Program-made: the position numbers and the translations under genes
In this document: piece by piece, positions 1-14,792 of the stretch
Layout of the letters: the number at the start of each line of letters is the position of its first letter
How positions within the stretch are numbered: position 1 is the stretch's first letter
Assembly (NCBI RefSeq): GCF_006345805.1
Contig: NC_043012.1
Span: 46,500,001-46,564,000, forward strand
Source: Octopus sinensis
Lineage: Eukaryota
Direction: 5' to 3'
DNA: 64,000 bases
Notes under the pieces: model-generated
Databases searched by the model: none
What the model was told of the DNA's origin: nothing
Seen by the model: the letters and a program-made list of their open reading frames with translations, nothing else

Positions 1-1120
1 CTGTTAAGTTGCTCGGGGTTTGGTTCGGTCCGGATCTCCAAGTGGACAACAACTGGGATGAGGTGATAGATGGGGTGGCCAGTGTCACCAGAAATAGGCC
101 GAGAGGAGGTTATCCCTGAAAGGTCGGTAAGAGATGGCGATGTGTAAATCGCATCCGTCATATATTATCGCCTGACTGTCGTCCCTTACCCCGATTAGTG
201 GCTGAATGGGCTGGTGCGTTTGCTCTTCTGCTTCCTATGGAAGGGACAGGTACCGCTTGTCATATGGCCCATTTGATGCCGTAGCTGAGGATGTGCATTT
301 ATGCGCTGAGGTTGTGACATCTCCAGCGATACCTTAACGGTGAGCAGGTGTGGTCACTGTTGAACGCGCTTCTCCGGAGATCATCTCTTTGACGGAGCTA
401 CAATCCTGTATCGGGCGCTTGACACCTAGAGTGCATCCAAGTGCTTATAACCCTCGGCCAGTCGGGCAATGCGGTAAGTGAAAGTTCTACCTTGGAGTTC
501 TATAGGAGATTAGTGGAGGGCTAGACTGATGACGTACTTGGAGAGGTGCTGGGCGTCGAGGGGGATCAACTGGTTGGTCTCTTGTGGAGGTCTTTCGGGA
601 CCGAGATCTACGGACAACTTCCAGAAAGCCCTGGCCTGGCTTGCTTCCGAGGGATGCTGCCGGTTCGAGATAAGCTCTTACAGGTAGGGGTTTGCAGTCA
701 GTCGGGCTTGTCCGAGATGCATGCGGAGTGATGAAACAGTTCTGCATGCTCTTGTACAGTAGCCGCACATTGATGAATTCTGGGGCTTTGTCGAACAGTT
801 ATTGTCACGTGTATATTGATCCGGCTATCGTCCGCGTCCATTGTGAAAATCGCCCTGCCTCCTTCCTTTAGCAGTGTCGGAGGACATTTTTTCTCTGTCT
901 GGTGGTTATGGCAAAAGCGGTTGTGGACGCGACTGAAAGGCTTCAATAAGGGTTTCTTTCCTCTTTGACCAATGCCTCATTGAATTTTTCAGGTTCCACC
1001 TGAAAAGGTAAGTGAGGTTGGTGAGGGAGCTACTGTCACCCAATAAATTCGTTGAAAGGTGGGTAAATGTGGCAACAATGGTCCGCGTGCATGGGTCTGC
1101 TCTAAGTGTGCACCTGTAGA
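1..1120 (+). mobile_element. Degenerate Tx1-like LINE, 3' part of ORF2 (runs off window start)
   Basis: Colinear with 37075-38428: gctcggggtttggttcggtccggatctcc matches ctcggggtctggttcggtccggacctcc. Zinc-finger remnant (ETVLHALVQ-like) near 730-770. Many stops and frameshifts. Confidence 0.85.
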
Positions 1121-1224
1121 ACAGATGGAAGGGAGACTAGAATGTACCTTCCTGAGGGCCCCTTCGTGTTAAAGGGTCCAAAATGCGTGACGTCTCTTTG
1201 GTTATTTTGTAATAGATTCTAGTT

Positions 1225-1450
1225 GTATAAGGCCTCTACCACCTTTGATACGTTGTATATACAGCCTTTCTATGTCAGATTTTGGGTGGTGCATCCTAAA
1301 TACTGTCATTAATATTCTTGTTTTCCTCTCTATTTTGATTACTTCATTTCGATTTCAGTTAAGAATATTCTAGCTATAACTAGCTGTAATAGGGGATGCA
1401 GCATCAACCATATAAGATATATGGTGCACCTTGTTCACGAACAGTTGGTC
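1225..1450 (-). mobile_element. R4/Dong-like RLE LINE fragment, same family as 46011-50094
   Basis: Close nucleotide match to 47150-47340; translates RMHHPKSDIERLYIQRIKGGRGLIQLE. Confidence 0.85.
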
Positions 1451-1489
1451 CGGTCTGTTATGCTTCATCACCTGATCTGTTTAGATTGG

Positions 1490-2200
1490 GAAATCCTACA
1501 GGATTTTGTTAGTCTCCGACTCCGTCACTCTTTGCAGTTTGTTCTCACGCAACATAATGACTGTCACGAGCCCCCACCTTTCGCATAGTTTCCAATGTAG
1601 CACTTTTGCTACCTCGTCGTGTCGCCATAACATGTAGTGGTTTTGTGCACGTTTAGGGCATTCGTTTGTGATATGGACAATGGTTTTATCAACTCTATTG
1701 CAGATGCGACACAGCGGAGATAATTCTTCATTCCTGAGGTTGACCATCTAGTTCGTGGCCAAAGTTTGGTTTTGGGCTGCAATGGCTACCTGGAATCGAT
1801 TGTGAAGTCTCTTGCGCTGTTCTTCTTCATGTCCGTTTTGTACTTATTCCTTTGTTTACTCCTTTTCTCTGCTCTCAATACCCTCTCGTTCCTGACTCTC
1901 GAGTTCGAAACGCACTCATTCTTCTACACTTATCAGTCCCCTTCTTCCATTTGCTCTGTTCCTGAATAGGCGATCAGTATCTGAACGTGGATGATGGTCT
2001 CCATGTATCGTTAGGAGCTTCTTTGACTTCCTTTCCATCTCCATTAACTCCTCTGACCTCTTGAAGATTCCAACGCTATATTGAACTACTGCGAGCTCGC
2101 GCGAGTCTATTACCGAAATCATTTTCAGGTATTTAGATTTGAAATCAATGCTTTTCCCACTCACCGCAGGTACTCCCTGTTTGTCTTTTCCTTCATGTCG
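1490..2200 (-). mobile_element. Degenerate R4-like RLE LINE fragment (post-RT region to zinc knuckle)
   Basis: ORF 1916-2164 has HHPRSDTDRLF..GRRGLISVEE. ORF 1496-1747 has CRICNRVDKTIVHITNEC..RHDEVAKVLHWKLC (CCHC plus RHD motif). Confidence 0.8.
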
Positions 2201-2221
2201 TGATGTTTGATTCTATATGCC

Positions 2222-2255
2222 TCATTACTACTACTACTACTACTACTACTACTAT

Positions 2256-2293
<38 letters not shown>

Positions 2294-2320
2294 TTACTAC
2301 TACCACCACTACCACCACCG

Positions 2321-2360
<40 letters not shown>

Positions 2361-2382
2361 CACTACCACTACCACCACTACC
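2222..2382. repeat. (TAC)n/(CAC)n compound microsatellite
   Basis: Seen directly; explains the poly-T/L/Y/V ORFs. Confidence 0.95.
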
Positions 2383-2383
2383 A

Positions 2384-2520
2384 GGCTTCTGTCAGTTTCC
2401 GTCCACCAAATTCACTCACAAGGCTTTGTCACCTCGGGGCTATAATCAAATACACTTGCTCAATGTTCCGCGCTTTAGGGCTAAATCGAGAACAATGTGT
2501 TTCGGAAACAAACTTCTCAC
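2384..2520 (-). mobile_element. 5' half of tRNA-derived SINE, family of 19773-20172
   Basis: ggcttctgtcagtttccgtccaccaaattcactcacaaggcttt is the reverse complement of aaagccttgtgagtggatttagtagacggaaactgaaagaagcc at about 19885-19927. Confidence 0.75.
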
Positions 2521-5500
2521 CATACAGCCACGCATGCTTATGCAAACACAATCAACGTACACACATATATATATACAGATGCATATATAAATACATAAAC
2601 GCTCACATATACATACACATACACAGAAACTTGTGTATGCCTCTACTTGCACTTCAACGTGTGTGCTCATGAGTAGTGTACGAAAAATCTTATGCGAGTG
2701 ATACTGATTACTTCATTAAAAAATAATCTCCTTCATTTGGTATAAACAGACATTATTCAATTATATATTTGGTCACTTAATTCACTACTCAGTATGATAA
2801 CGGAAATGCATGCTCATTTTTTAAAATTCTTAATTTGAAATTTTGTTACTTGTCACGGGAAGATGAGAATATTTTGAGATAGTGAAGTTTGTTTGTTTTT
2901 CAGACTGTTATCCAAAAAAAATTTGTAATTTATAGTAAAGCAGAAGCAGAGAGCTCACTGACACACGTGGCAAATAGAATATTACATGGTTTATATGATA
3001 ATTCAAATAACATTGCGATAAAATACAAATTCTTTTTAGATGTTTTCCAAAATGATAGGAATATGAAGATAAAAATTGCCGACTGATTTGTTATTCAAAT
3101 AATATTATTTGCATTAATGAGATGTTAAACTTTAATATCTAGGATCTATGTTAATTCATGTAAGATCTCAGTGAATGAACATGTCGCTTTGTTAGTAACA
3201 CAGAAAGTGTGATACAATAGACTGTCTATACTTACAATCCCTGAGCTGCCCTTCAGTTTTCATCGGATTATCTCAAATGTTATCCAGAAATAAGCTCAAC
3301 ATACCTGTTTCGAAAAATGTATTCAATAGAATATTGCTTAGTGGATTTGCCCATTTCTTTCCGCTATTCTACTAACAAGTAATATTAAATTATGCCATCA
3401 TTTTATGTTTATACTACACCTGAGATGATGTAGGTGAAATACTCTTGTGCTATAAAAAGGCCTCAGGTTGCTGCAATGCAAATATTCACAGGATTAAGGT
3501 TTATGGTGAATCATATTACATTTCTAAAAGATTTGCTTAAATATTTCAGTACTTGAAAACGCATCATGCCGTCTAGTTGTTGAACCTATTAAAATATTGT
3601 TCAGTCATTTTTAGGCTCTCAATTTGAATCACTTGAGAACTATGTATATCATCTTTATCAATAGACAATTGACTTCAAAATGTGGGAGATATAGTGTATT
3701 GAATAATTTCCTCAATGATCTCTTCTTGCTATTGCCGCAGTTCCTATGGAATGTATATCATGTTGCAAAACCACAATACATTCGCTAAGTTTATCCGTAA
3801 AACATAAGTGAATGAAAACACGGGTTGTATAAAAAAAAATCACTATATAAAAATTAGCATAATTTTGTATAACAAATTTTTCCATACAAGTTAACTATGC
3901 CGTTTTGTCTCAATTAGCAAACACTAATTTCCAATTAGACATGATAATAAGGTGTTGTAAGATCCAAATTAGTATGAAAACCATGTACATCTGTCTTTTC
4001 AAATGTCTGTATTTTCTGTATTCTCTGAAATTTAATTACCGATCGATTTTTCTTTTAGAAGATAATAATATGAATGGTATCGTCCTTAAAATTATGTCTA
4101 TATAGAATCTTACACTCAAACGCATGGCATTTCAATTTTATTTCCATAAACGTATCTATACGTAGCTCAGGGACTTGCTTATTCTTTGGCAAGAATATTC
4201 TTTACATAATGATGTTTCCAATATTGACATATAATCTGTTCAACCCAGATAATACACATCACCAAACTAATTGTCTGGATACTTATCTTAAGTAAGCACT
4301 TGCACTTCCTTAAATCAGAAGTTAAACTCCCAACAATTTAATAACAATATATTCAATATAGCCTGTGGAACAGATTTAATCAAGCAATCAAGCAATAGGA
4401 CATACACCTGAGGAGTAATTAAAGTTCATTTGCCACTTGTAGAAACGTAGGCTCCACAGAGATGATACACTTCAATAATTGTGACCTTAAACAATGATTC
4501 TATCATATTGTTCAGATAATGCACATGTTAATAAGAACTGCACCTGTCATTGCAAGGGAAAATCATTATGGAAAGAAAAGTCATTAATTTGTTTGAGAGA
4601 TGTACTATTTGCGTATCAGGTTATATGTCATATGACTGTGGTGGTGATGAGAAGGAGGAAAGGGAGAGGAGAATGATGAATGGTATGAGAAGAAAGATGA
4701 TGATGATAAAGGTAATAAATGTTGACGCAGCTGCAAATGATGTTTATGATAATGATAATGACGTAGATATGATGACAATAGTGATAATGATAAGGATGGG
4801 TGGGAGGTTAGATTCATATTCGTTGTCATCGTCATTGTCGGTCCTCAACATCACCGTTATCACCATTTTTTGTCGCAATCACAGATCGGATCAAATCTGA
4901 TGGAAGTTAGAATTAAACTGGATAAAGCTATGTGCTAAGGAAACAATGTACGGTTCGCAGCGCAAGCATAGATCAAAGAGTGCATTATATGATACTCAAC
5001 AGTAATATAATGCACTGGTTTATTGCAGGTTCTCCTTGTATTCAATAAAAGACTTATAATTTTGAGGTTTTGCAATGGTTATTTAAATAAGGATTATTAA
5101 ATAAATCATTATTGTATTTCTTTGAGACAGCGTATTTGGTGCGAGAAATGTGTGTATTTTATGGAACATAGGGAAACCCGTGTCAGATGATGGCACTTTA
5201 AAATATTTGATAGGAAATAGAAATTCAGTACAAGAAAAAGGAATCGATTCCAAATCTGATTACTTGTTTAGTATCTAAATTACCGTATGAACACCAAAGG
5301 CGATGCTAATGTGCGTGGTTAAATATCAAATAAATTTCTGTTTTTGTCTTATTTTACAGATAAGCTTCCAAAATAAATTTAAAATCTTTAACGTAAACTC
5401 TTCTAGTTTTAGGGAGCTTTCATGTTATTGAATGGGTTTTTAACTGAAAATGCCGCTTATATTTCCTCTTTCATGCCTGAATATTTCGTTTGAGCTAACA

Positions 5501-6222
5501 TACATGAAAATATAATTCATATTCATAAATCACGCGGATCTCTTTAAATGAAATGGCTTTCTAGTTACTTGATCCCAAATATTCCGCATGATTGGGTACG
5601 AGATGATTTGGGTTTATGTTGCTTTCTATGTGCCAGTACTTTATAGTTTATAGGCTCATGTATTGTCAAGAAGAAATAGATTTAAATGTGAGTTTGAGTT
5701 ATATTTCTTTTATATATCGCTCATCTTTCTGTGCTTTGCAGTGTAAGGAATGCATTTTAACACAATAACTTTGATCTCTTCTATTGCCATGCACTATAAC
5801 GCAACTTGAAATTTAATTGAATTGATATAAAAGTCCCTGCATGCCACAAAAAGCATCAACTATCACCACGGATACAACGATGAAAGCAAATACCATCTTC
5901 AAGCAAACAATTCAAACAATTACAAACTTATTTAAATAGTTTGTATCACAGTGTAGGCTCCAACGACTATGTTAATTATTTGTTTTGATTTACGTAATAC
6001 AATAATTTAATTTTTCATTATTCCCGTTTGCCATTATTATTCGTTTCTAAATTCCATTCGCACAATATAAAGGCAGGTATAAAAACTATAGCTGTTAAAA
6101 TGACAAAAGCTGCGATAAAATATTTGGGGAAAAACATGAAGAAATAATTTGTTTCGGTAGATGTTACAAACGCATCAACTCTTCATCTAACAAAACGTAC
6201 ATTTGTATGTTTCTCTGTAATT

Positions 6223-6277
<55 letters not shown>

Positions 6278-7659
6278 AACAGACACACACACACACACAC
6301 ACACACACATATGGTTGGATATATATATATATATGGATGTATAAAATTTAAAAACTTCCGGCATGAAATGGAGTCATGTTAAAGGATTACATTATTCAAA
6401 AATACATGTAGACACAATTTTAAAAAATAGCTGTGACTGTGTAAACATTTTCACAATTTCAAGTTGAAATAATCATAGAAAACTTCTCAGATGAGAACAA
6501 CAATAAAGCTTATTCCCTTTAACAAATATGAAATCATATAAAATATACAAAGTATTACAGCTATAATTCTAGTCCTTTTTATTTCAAGTAGATTTTTACT
6601 TTTGAATGCTATGTTTGTTTTTTCTTCCCTCATTTCTTTGATTTTCTTAAACTTTGTGTTCTCCATATGTTTTTTTTTTTTTTATATGTTTTCATCTTTG
6701 TAATGCACTTGTTTCTTTTTTTAAAAGAATTCATCTCAGACATCGATTTCTACATTTCTCTGTCTCTCATAACAGTTGGATATAAAATTGCAGTGAGACT
6801 TTACTTTATGCTTTTTCTCAACATTTGTCCTTTTAACATTTGATGCGATCTGCGCTAATTTTATGGCATTTGCTTGCTGGTATAAGCTTCTTATCTGCAT
6901 CAGTTGCTAAGCTTGAGGTCAGATATGTTTCTTCTGAATAGTCGAAGAGAGGAAAGGAAATAAAACTGATAAATACAAACAATAGCAACATCAATCTCTG
7001 CTACAAATCTCCCTTTGTTTTATTCTCGCTCCCGCTTCCTCCATTTCAGATGATGTGTGTGTCTGTATACATTGACATGCCGAAACATACATGTATACTT
7101 TGAAATATCAATATAGATCCATGTGAAAGCAGAGCAACAAATGGAATATACAAAATCACAACTATATGCACAGACGTGCGTTTATACATACATACATACA
7201 TACATACATACATACATACATACATACATACATACATACGTGTGTGTGCGCGCGCCTGTGTATGTTGTGTGTGTATATACATATATGCACTGTATGCATA
7301 CGCACACAAACATATACTTGTTTGTGTATGTGTGTGTATGTATGTGGAGAGAGGGAGAGAGTGAGAGAGAGGGAGATGAACATAAAGGAATACTTATTTA
7401 CAAGTCACATGCTTAAAAACCATATGGTAGTATTACAGTGAAGGGAATCAAGTTAAAGCAACAGCGTCAAGCATAAACAGAAAATAACTCCCTCTATTAG
7501 AACATATAATGACATTAAACATAAACAGAGTTTAATCAAAACAAAAATATTTAGCTACGTTGTATCGTCGAAAAAATAAAGCGGGTTAAATTTAGGCATG
7601 TACATACACACGCACATACAGACATGTAAAGAAGCATGTATATATACTTATATATATAT

Positions 7660-7701
<42 letters not shown>

Positions 7702-8329
7702 TGTGTGTGTGTGCGTGTGTGTGAGTGTGTGCATGTGTGTAGTTTGTAAATAGAGGTCGTAACGACCTCTATACAGGTTTAAGATAGGTAAGACGATTAT
7801 ACCGTTCAATAAAAGCACGATAACTATAAAAAATGCAAAAGCATTTTTTTGACAAAAAAAATCTAGCTTCAAGTACAGATAAGATTTATTTTAATCTATA
7901 TGTTAAAACTATATGTATTTAATGGTATTGCAAAATAAATAAAAGAAATCTGCTGACAAACAAAAGATATAAGAAATCAACATAAACCATTCTGCAGGTC
8001 TCGTATATATCTCTTTTGTCATCAAACATGCGTCATACTTGACACATTGCACCTTTCTTCGTTCCAGTATGTCTATCTTTGTCTTCTTAATAACCACCTA
8101 ATTCTCTTGCTCTTTTTCTGTCATTCTGGAAAATGTTTATTATTGTTAAAAATGATAACTATTTTGTTACTCAAAACACACAACACAAGGTTTTTAGCAG
8201 ATGGCATATCAATAAGTAACTGTTTTTAAGCTAACGGAATCGAAGGTGCCATTTATTGACAATGTGACGAAGTGACGCTATAAGTCCAGTGAACCTTGTT
8301 TGTGTAAGAACGGTGGATTAATCAGTATC

Positions 8330-9560
8330 TCTTTCCCTGTTGTAGACTATCCGTTTCAAACCACGCTCGGTATTTCATCGGTGGTGCTTTGGAAGTTAGC
8401 GCACAACATCCACATTATTTTACACAATTTTCAATGTCCCGGTCCATTGTCGGCCAATATACATGCATCTCAATAAGGCTTACGTTCTCGACATTCCCGA
8501 TTGTCCACTGTAGAATTCCTTCTATACTAGTTTCTGTAGAGCAGTTGCTATTGCCACTCTTTGCGCGTACATTAAAGCATCGTCGCATAGTGAACCATTA
8601 TTCGAATTTGTATTTTTATTTTGCTCACTTTTCAACACATCTTTCATTCTTGTAATGTAATTATCCTCAGTGGATTTCCTTTTTATATCACGGGCTTTGA
8701 ACGGCAGTTCGTTAATTTTTGCTTCAATTCAGATGCTGAGTTCTTTTCAGTGGTGGGGCAGCCATTTAATTATTTACACTACCGGCTTAATGAGAGACCC
8801 CATAAGTCAAATAACTCTAACCAGTCAGTAGTGCTAAACAGACTGGATGCGTTTCTTAGGAAGAAAACTTTCGCCTTGCAAGTTTTTCTTCGAAATGTGA
8901 CATCATTCCATATTTCACCTACAAAATCTAGTTTGTCACATCACATACAGTTTACATCACGTACATTATACAACACGTATCTGATTGAAATGTCACAGCC
9001 AGTATACAGCTGTAATTTAATATTTACTCCGTTTAGTTTTACACTTTCTAATTTCCTTATTTGGGAGTAAATTTTACTTTCTGGTGAGAGCACGTTAGAA
9101 TTTTTTGTTCTGCAGTGTGAAATCTTGTGCCAAATGTTTGACAACTGTAACATTTTTGGGTTTTAAAAGGACAACGTTCCTGAAATATAAGCCTCCACAT
9201 CGATTAGGATATAGCAGCCTACTTTCTCGGTCGACATATCTGTATTTCTGCGAAATCCATTTCTTGAATTTTACTTACGTCTTGCACTCTTCTGCAACAG
9301 TCTGCACGATAAAATCTTAGTTCGCTTGTAATGAAAGAATTATTGACCGTATTTCTGTATCTTCTTTTGCTGTAAGACCTTGTACAAAAATGAGGCACTT
9401 AATCATCTCAGGTGTAGGCTCTTTAAATCTAAAACTTCACACATTCTGTTGGCTGTTCCAGCATACGTAATAAAGTCAACATCCTCTTTTTTAGTTAAAT
9501 TCCAGCACTCAATTTGAATGTGTTTTTTAGCAGCTAATATGTCTGCCATCATTTAACAAG
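8330..9560 (-). mobile_element. Ty3/Gypsy LTR retrotransposon relic (gag, protease, integrase zinc-binding region; RT/RNaseH absent)
   Basis: Minus-strand translation across frameshifts: Gag-like EMIKCLIFVQGLTAKEDTEIRS; knuckle CPFKTQKCYSCQ..HKISHC; protease-like KLNGVNIKLQL(Y)TGCDISI (DTG degenerate); integrase-like HVYWPTMDRDIENCVK*CGCCALTSKAPP. Confidence 0.75.
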
Positions 9561-9599
9561 TTGTATCACAAACGGATTGCTAAATAACCTACGTGAGTT

Positions 9600-9927
9600 T
9601 CAAAAACCTCGGAGCCAAATGTTGAATCCACCGCATCCAAATGTCGTGGTACAGAAAGATGAAAAGTGTTTGAAAACTTTGAGTAGGCTTCTGAGCAGGT
9701 ATCGCCAAGGTTTTGACAAAATTTGATGCAGATGCTCGACTCAAATTTCTGTCAGATTTCTCACGTTCCTTTCAAGAGTTACTGTAAACAGCGGAATTGT
9801 GCCAGAACGTTACAAGTTGGGCATGCACAGCAGAGTTGACGGTCAGTCTGTGCCACGCAGCTTCACGCTGCTTGCCTTAGAGTCGTCACTATGACAACAG
9901 CCCGTATACTTATTGATCAGACCGCGT
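9600..9927 (-). mobile_element. Mariner-type DNA transposon 5' end (one TIR plus transposase N-terminus)
   Basis: Minus strand begins acgcggtctgatcaataagtatacgggct (mariner-like TIR) and encodes ICIKFCQNLGDTCSEAYSKFS. Confidence 0.7.
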
Positions 9928-10088
9928 TTGTGTGTGTATATATATATGTGTGTGTGTTGTGTGTACGTGTGTGTGTGTGTGTATACCACGTATATATATA
10001 TATATATATATATATCATACATAATATATGCATATACGTACATAGATACATAAAGACATAACATATACATATATATATATATATATAT

Positions 10089-11610
<1,522 letters not shown>

Positions 11611-11809
11611 GCATACATACACACATACATACTCAAAATTGTGTACACGAACTCAGAAGGTTAAGAGTATGTATGTATGCGACTTTTCTAACGCTATATA
11701 TATACAAACTTAAATCTCAGATATGTAGAAGAAGGAAATGTTAGTAAATTAGATATATTTAATAAAGTGCATATATATTTAATAAGTGCATATGTACAAA
11801 GAATGATAA

Positions 11810-12560
11810 AGGGTTGTTGTCTAATTGTTGTTATAAGGGATACATTAATATAAATAAGAGAACGATGACAGAGATTGTTAGTTTTATTATTTATAGGTCG
11901 ATTGTCGTGTTTGCGGGTAGGGTGTTTGAGCAGGTTAGAGGAATTCCAGTGGGGGCAATTGTAGCTCTCTATTGGCGGACCTTTATCTTTCTTCCTGTGA
12001 GTTCCCTTTCCTTAAAGACCTATGTGCGAGAAAAAAAAAACTTGGTTTGTTTAAACAACTTAATGGATGTTGTAGATACTTAGATTATTTATTTATACTT
12101 AATTATGGTTTCTTTGCATTTTTTACTTATTTAGATATACCCTAGTGAGCTTAAGGCCACTAGAAATGGTGATAATATAAAGAATATCAATTACTTAGAT
12201 GTCAATTTAATAATTGAGAATAATAATGAGATATGTTCTGACATTTATAATAAAACAGAATATTTTGGTCTCCAAGTGGCTTCAATACTACGATTCAGTA
12301 TTAGTATTCATTCTTTTATAGGTTATGGTGTTTTTTCAGGCCAGATTGACGTTATTATAAATAATACTAATACATTTTTGGAAAGAATAAATAAATTAAG
12401 ACATTTAGTAGAACACGGCTATAGATATTGCGATTTGTTAGTACGTTTAATTACTGTTTAGGTGAGAGACTGAAAATTTTATATAAATATGGTGTAACAT
12501 CTCGCCTTCGACTTTGTAAATATTTGATGTTTTGGATTGTAGGCTGTCCATGTTTGGACT
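11810..12560 (+). mobile_element. Degenerate Penelope-like element reverse transcriptase
   Basis: Translated pieces GRVFEQVRGIPVG, ADLYLSSCEFPFLKDL, CRYLDYLF (RYIDD-like), IYPSELK, INYLDVNL, IYNKTEYF, GYGVFSGQI in PLE RT motif order. Confidence 0.7.
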
Positions 12561-14334
12561 GTTTACAAGTCACTTTAATTACATACTTCGCACCAAAATA
12601 ATTAAAGAGATTTGAGAAAGTAACTGACTGAAACCTCGTGTATCCAGATAACGTGTTAGTGGTAATACTTTACATTTTATATTATCTTTTAAACAATTAT
12701 ATACTTAGCTTTAATTGTAACAAGGTTTTTAATAATAATTGTTAATTACAGGTATTCTTTTATTAGTTTCTGATTTAATAAGGATATTTTAGTATTATCT
12801 ATTAAATTGCCGGTATAAGTTTAACATTGAAGCATGTAAGGATAGCGAATATCTAATACGTATGGAGTGTTTAAATAATCAACTTTTGGGTTTTATACTG
12901 GTGTAATTCAGCCAGAATTAGTTACATTATTAGTTAAGTTCAATCGAATTTGTTTTGTCTTTGAAAAAAAAAAGAACATAAAAGCTTTCACTTTTATATG
13001 AATAACTATGGAATACTGATGGGAATATTATCTGTATGGACTTCGCGGGCTAAGTTGCTATTTAGCTAGATACTTTAGGAGTTAGGTATAGGTTTGCCTA
13101 TAGAATCAATTTACCGATACTGTTTTTGTACATAGGGTAAATGTATTTTTTTGTTGTAGTTTGATTAATAATATTAGTGTTTAAACCTTCCTAGAATTAA
13201 GATTGAATGAATGTATGTTTGTTCCCAAACAACACTTATTTTAGTGATGTTGACACCGCCGGTTTGAATGGCATCCATTTGATATATGTAAAGAGAGTAT
13301 CACACAATTATATTGGAAAGAGAGAGATGGATATAAATATTGGAAATATTTTTATTGAAAACAATTTGCACATTTAACTGTAGAGTACACCCATACAGTC
13401 TACTTTTAAGTAGATATATTTGTAATTCCATTTATTTGCTTATGTACACAGTGGAAAGGCATTAACAATAAAGTATAATGTTGCTCTTGTTTAACACAAT
13501 ATCAACGTAGATTGAACAGTTCTCTGATCAGAGTTTTCTGCATAATTTTCAAAATATACTTATTCTTCTAAATTATACATGTATTTTGGAAGTGGAACCA
13601 AATTTGGTGGTTAATTGTTATAAGGTTGGATAAGTGTCAGAGCATTCTTTTAGAAACTCCTAAATCTTATAAAAGCGAGGAATATCTATTAGTTTGCTAT
13701 GGATATTTTAAAATGTCTTCAGGTAAGCCATTTCTTAATTTAGACCGCATATACATTCAATGTAGATGTTTTCTGATTAGGTCAACTCGCATTCAACATC
13801 ACAATGAACGAAAGCATATATTTATAGCTTAAGGGTTATAGGGAATGATTCTGAGGGAGATTTGGTTAGTATCTCTTGCAGTTATGTGACCACTTCAAGT
13901 GCATTTTGCCAATTGGTTTCTTCGGTCAGCACGTTGAGAATTAATCACTTATAGAGGCATGCTTGTCTGTATAGGTCAATTTAGGTAGCAGAAGATACTT
14001 TCAGGAAAAAAATCAGCTCACTAAATACAGATAGGGCTGTGTATGATAAAACTGATATTGAGTTGAAAACTTCGACTGAATAATTACCGTTGAAATTTGC
14101 TTATACAACCGTTCAAAAAAAAAGTTAAGAAATCTCAAGCAAGATCGATTAACGATTTTTGAAAAATATAAACATACAAACATTGAAACATCTGTTCGTA
14201 ATCGCCAAGATTAATGCTCGCAACTATAGTCGCCACAAACCGTCAAAATAATATTTGAACGTGAAGCAATCCAACGTCACGACACAAAGGAGATTGACTC
14301 AGTGCAACAGATAGCTAATACAACCCGAACTACT

Positions 14335-14530
14335 TTGTTTTTACTTGATTCAGTTATTGTGCTGAGAGTATGCAGGGGTAGCATTTTAGTCTAGTCAAAC
14401 AGATCGACACTTGTACATGCTTTTGACCCTGGCACTTCTTCGGTCGGTCACTCATGCCGAACTGCTAAGGTAAGGGGACATAAAGGAACCAACACCGATT
14501 GTCAAGCGGTGATGGAGAACAAATATAACA
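14335..14530 (-). mobile_element. 3' half of tRNA-derived SINE, family of 19773-20172
   Basis: Reverse complement resembles 19980-20170 (cttgacaa..gg..tttatgtcccc..cttag...gactaaa...ctgaa.caagtaaaa). Confidence 0.65.
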
Positions 14531-14567
14531 TAAATACAAAGTCACACTCACACTCACACATACATCT

Positions 14568-14575
14568 ATCTAATT

Positions 14576-14618
<43 letters not shown>

Positions 14619-14623
14619 TATCA

Positions 14624-14659
<36 letters not shown>

Positions 14660-14661
14660 CT

Positions 14662-14715
<54 letters not shown>

Positions 14716-14792
14716 GTATATCTGTCTATCTATATGTCTGTCTGTATGTCTGTCTGTCTATCTATCTATTTCTCTTTCTCTCTCTCTCTCTC
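14568..14792. repeat. (TCAA)n/(TCTA)n/(TC)n compound microsatellite
   Basis: Seen directly. Confidence 0.95.
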
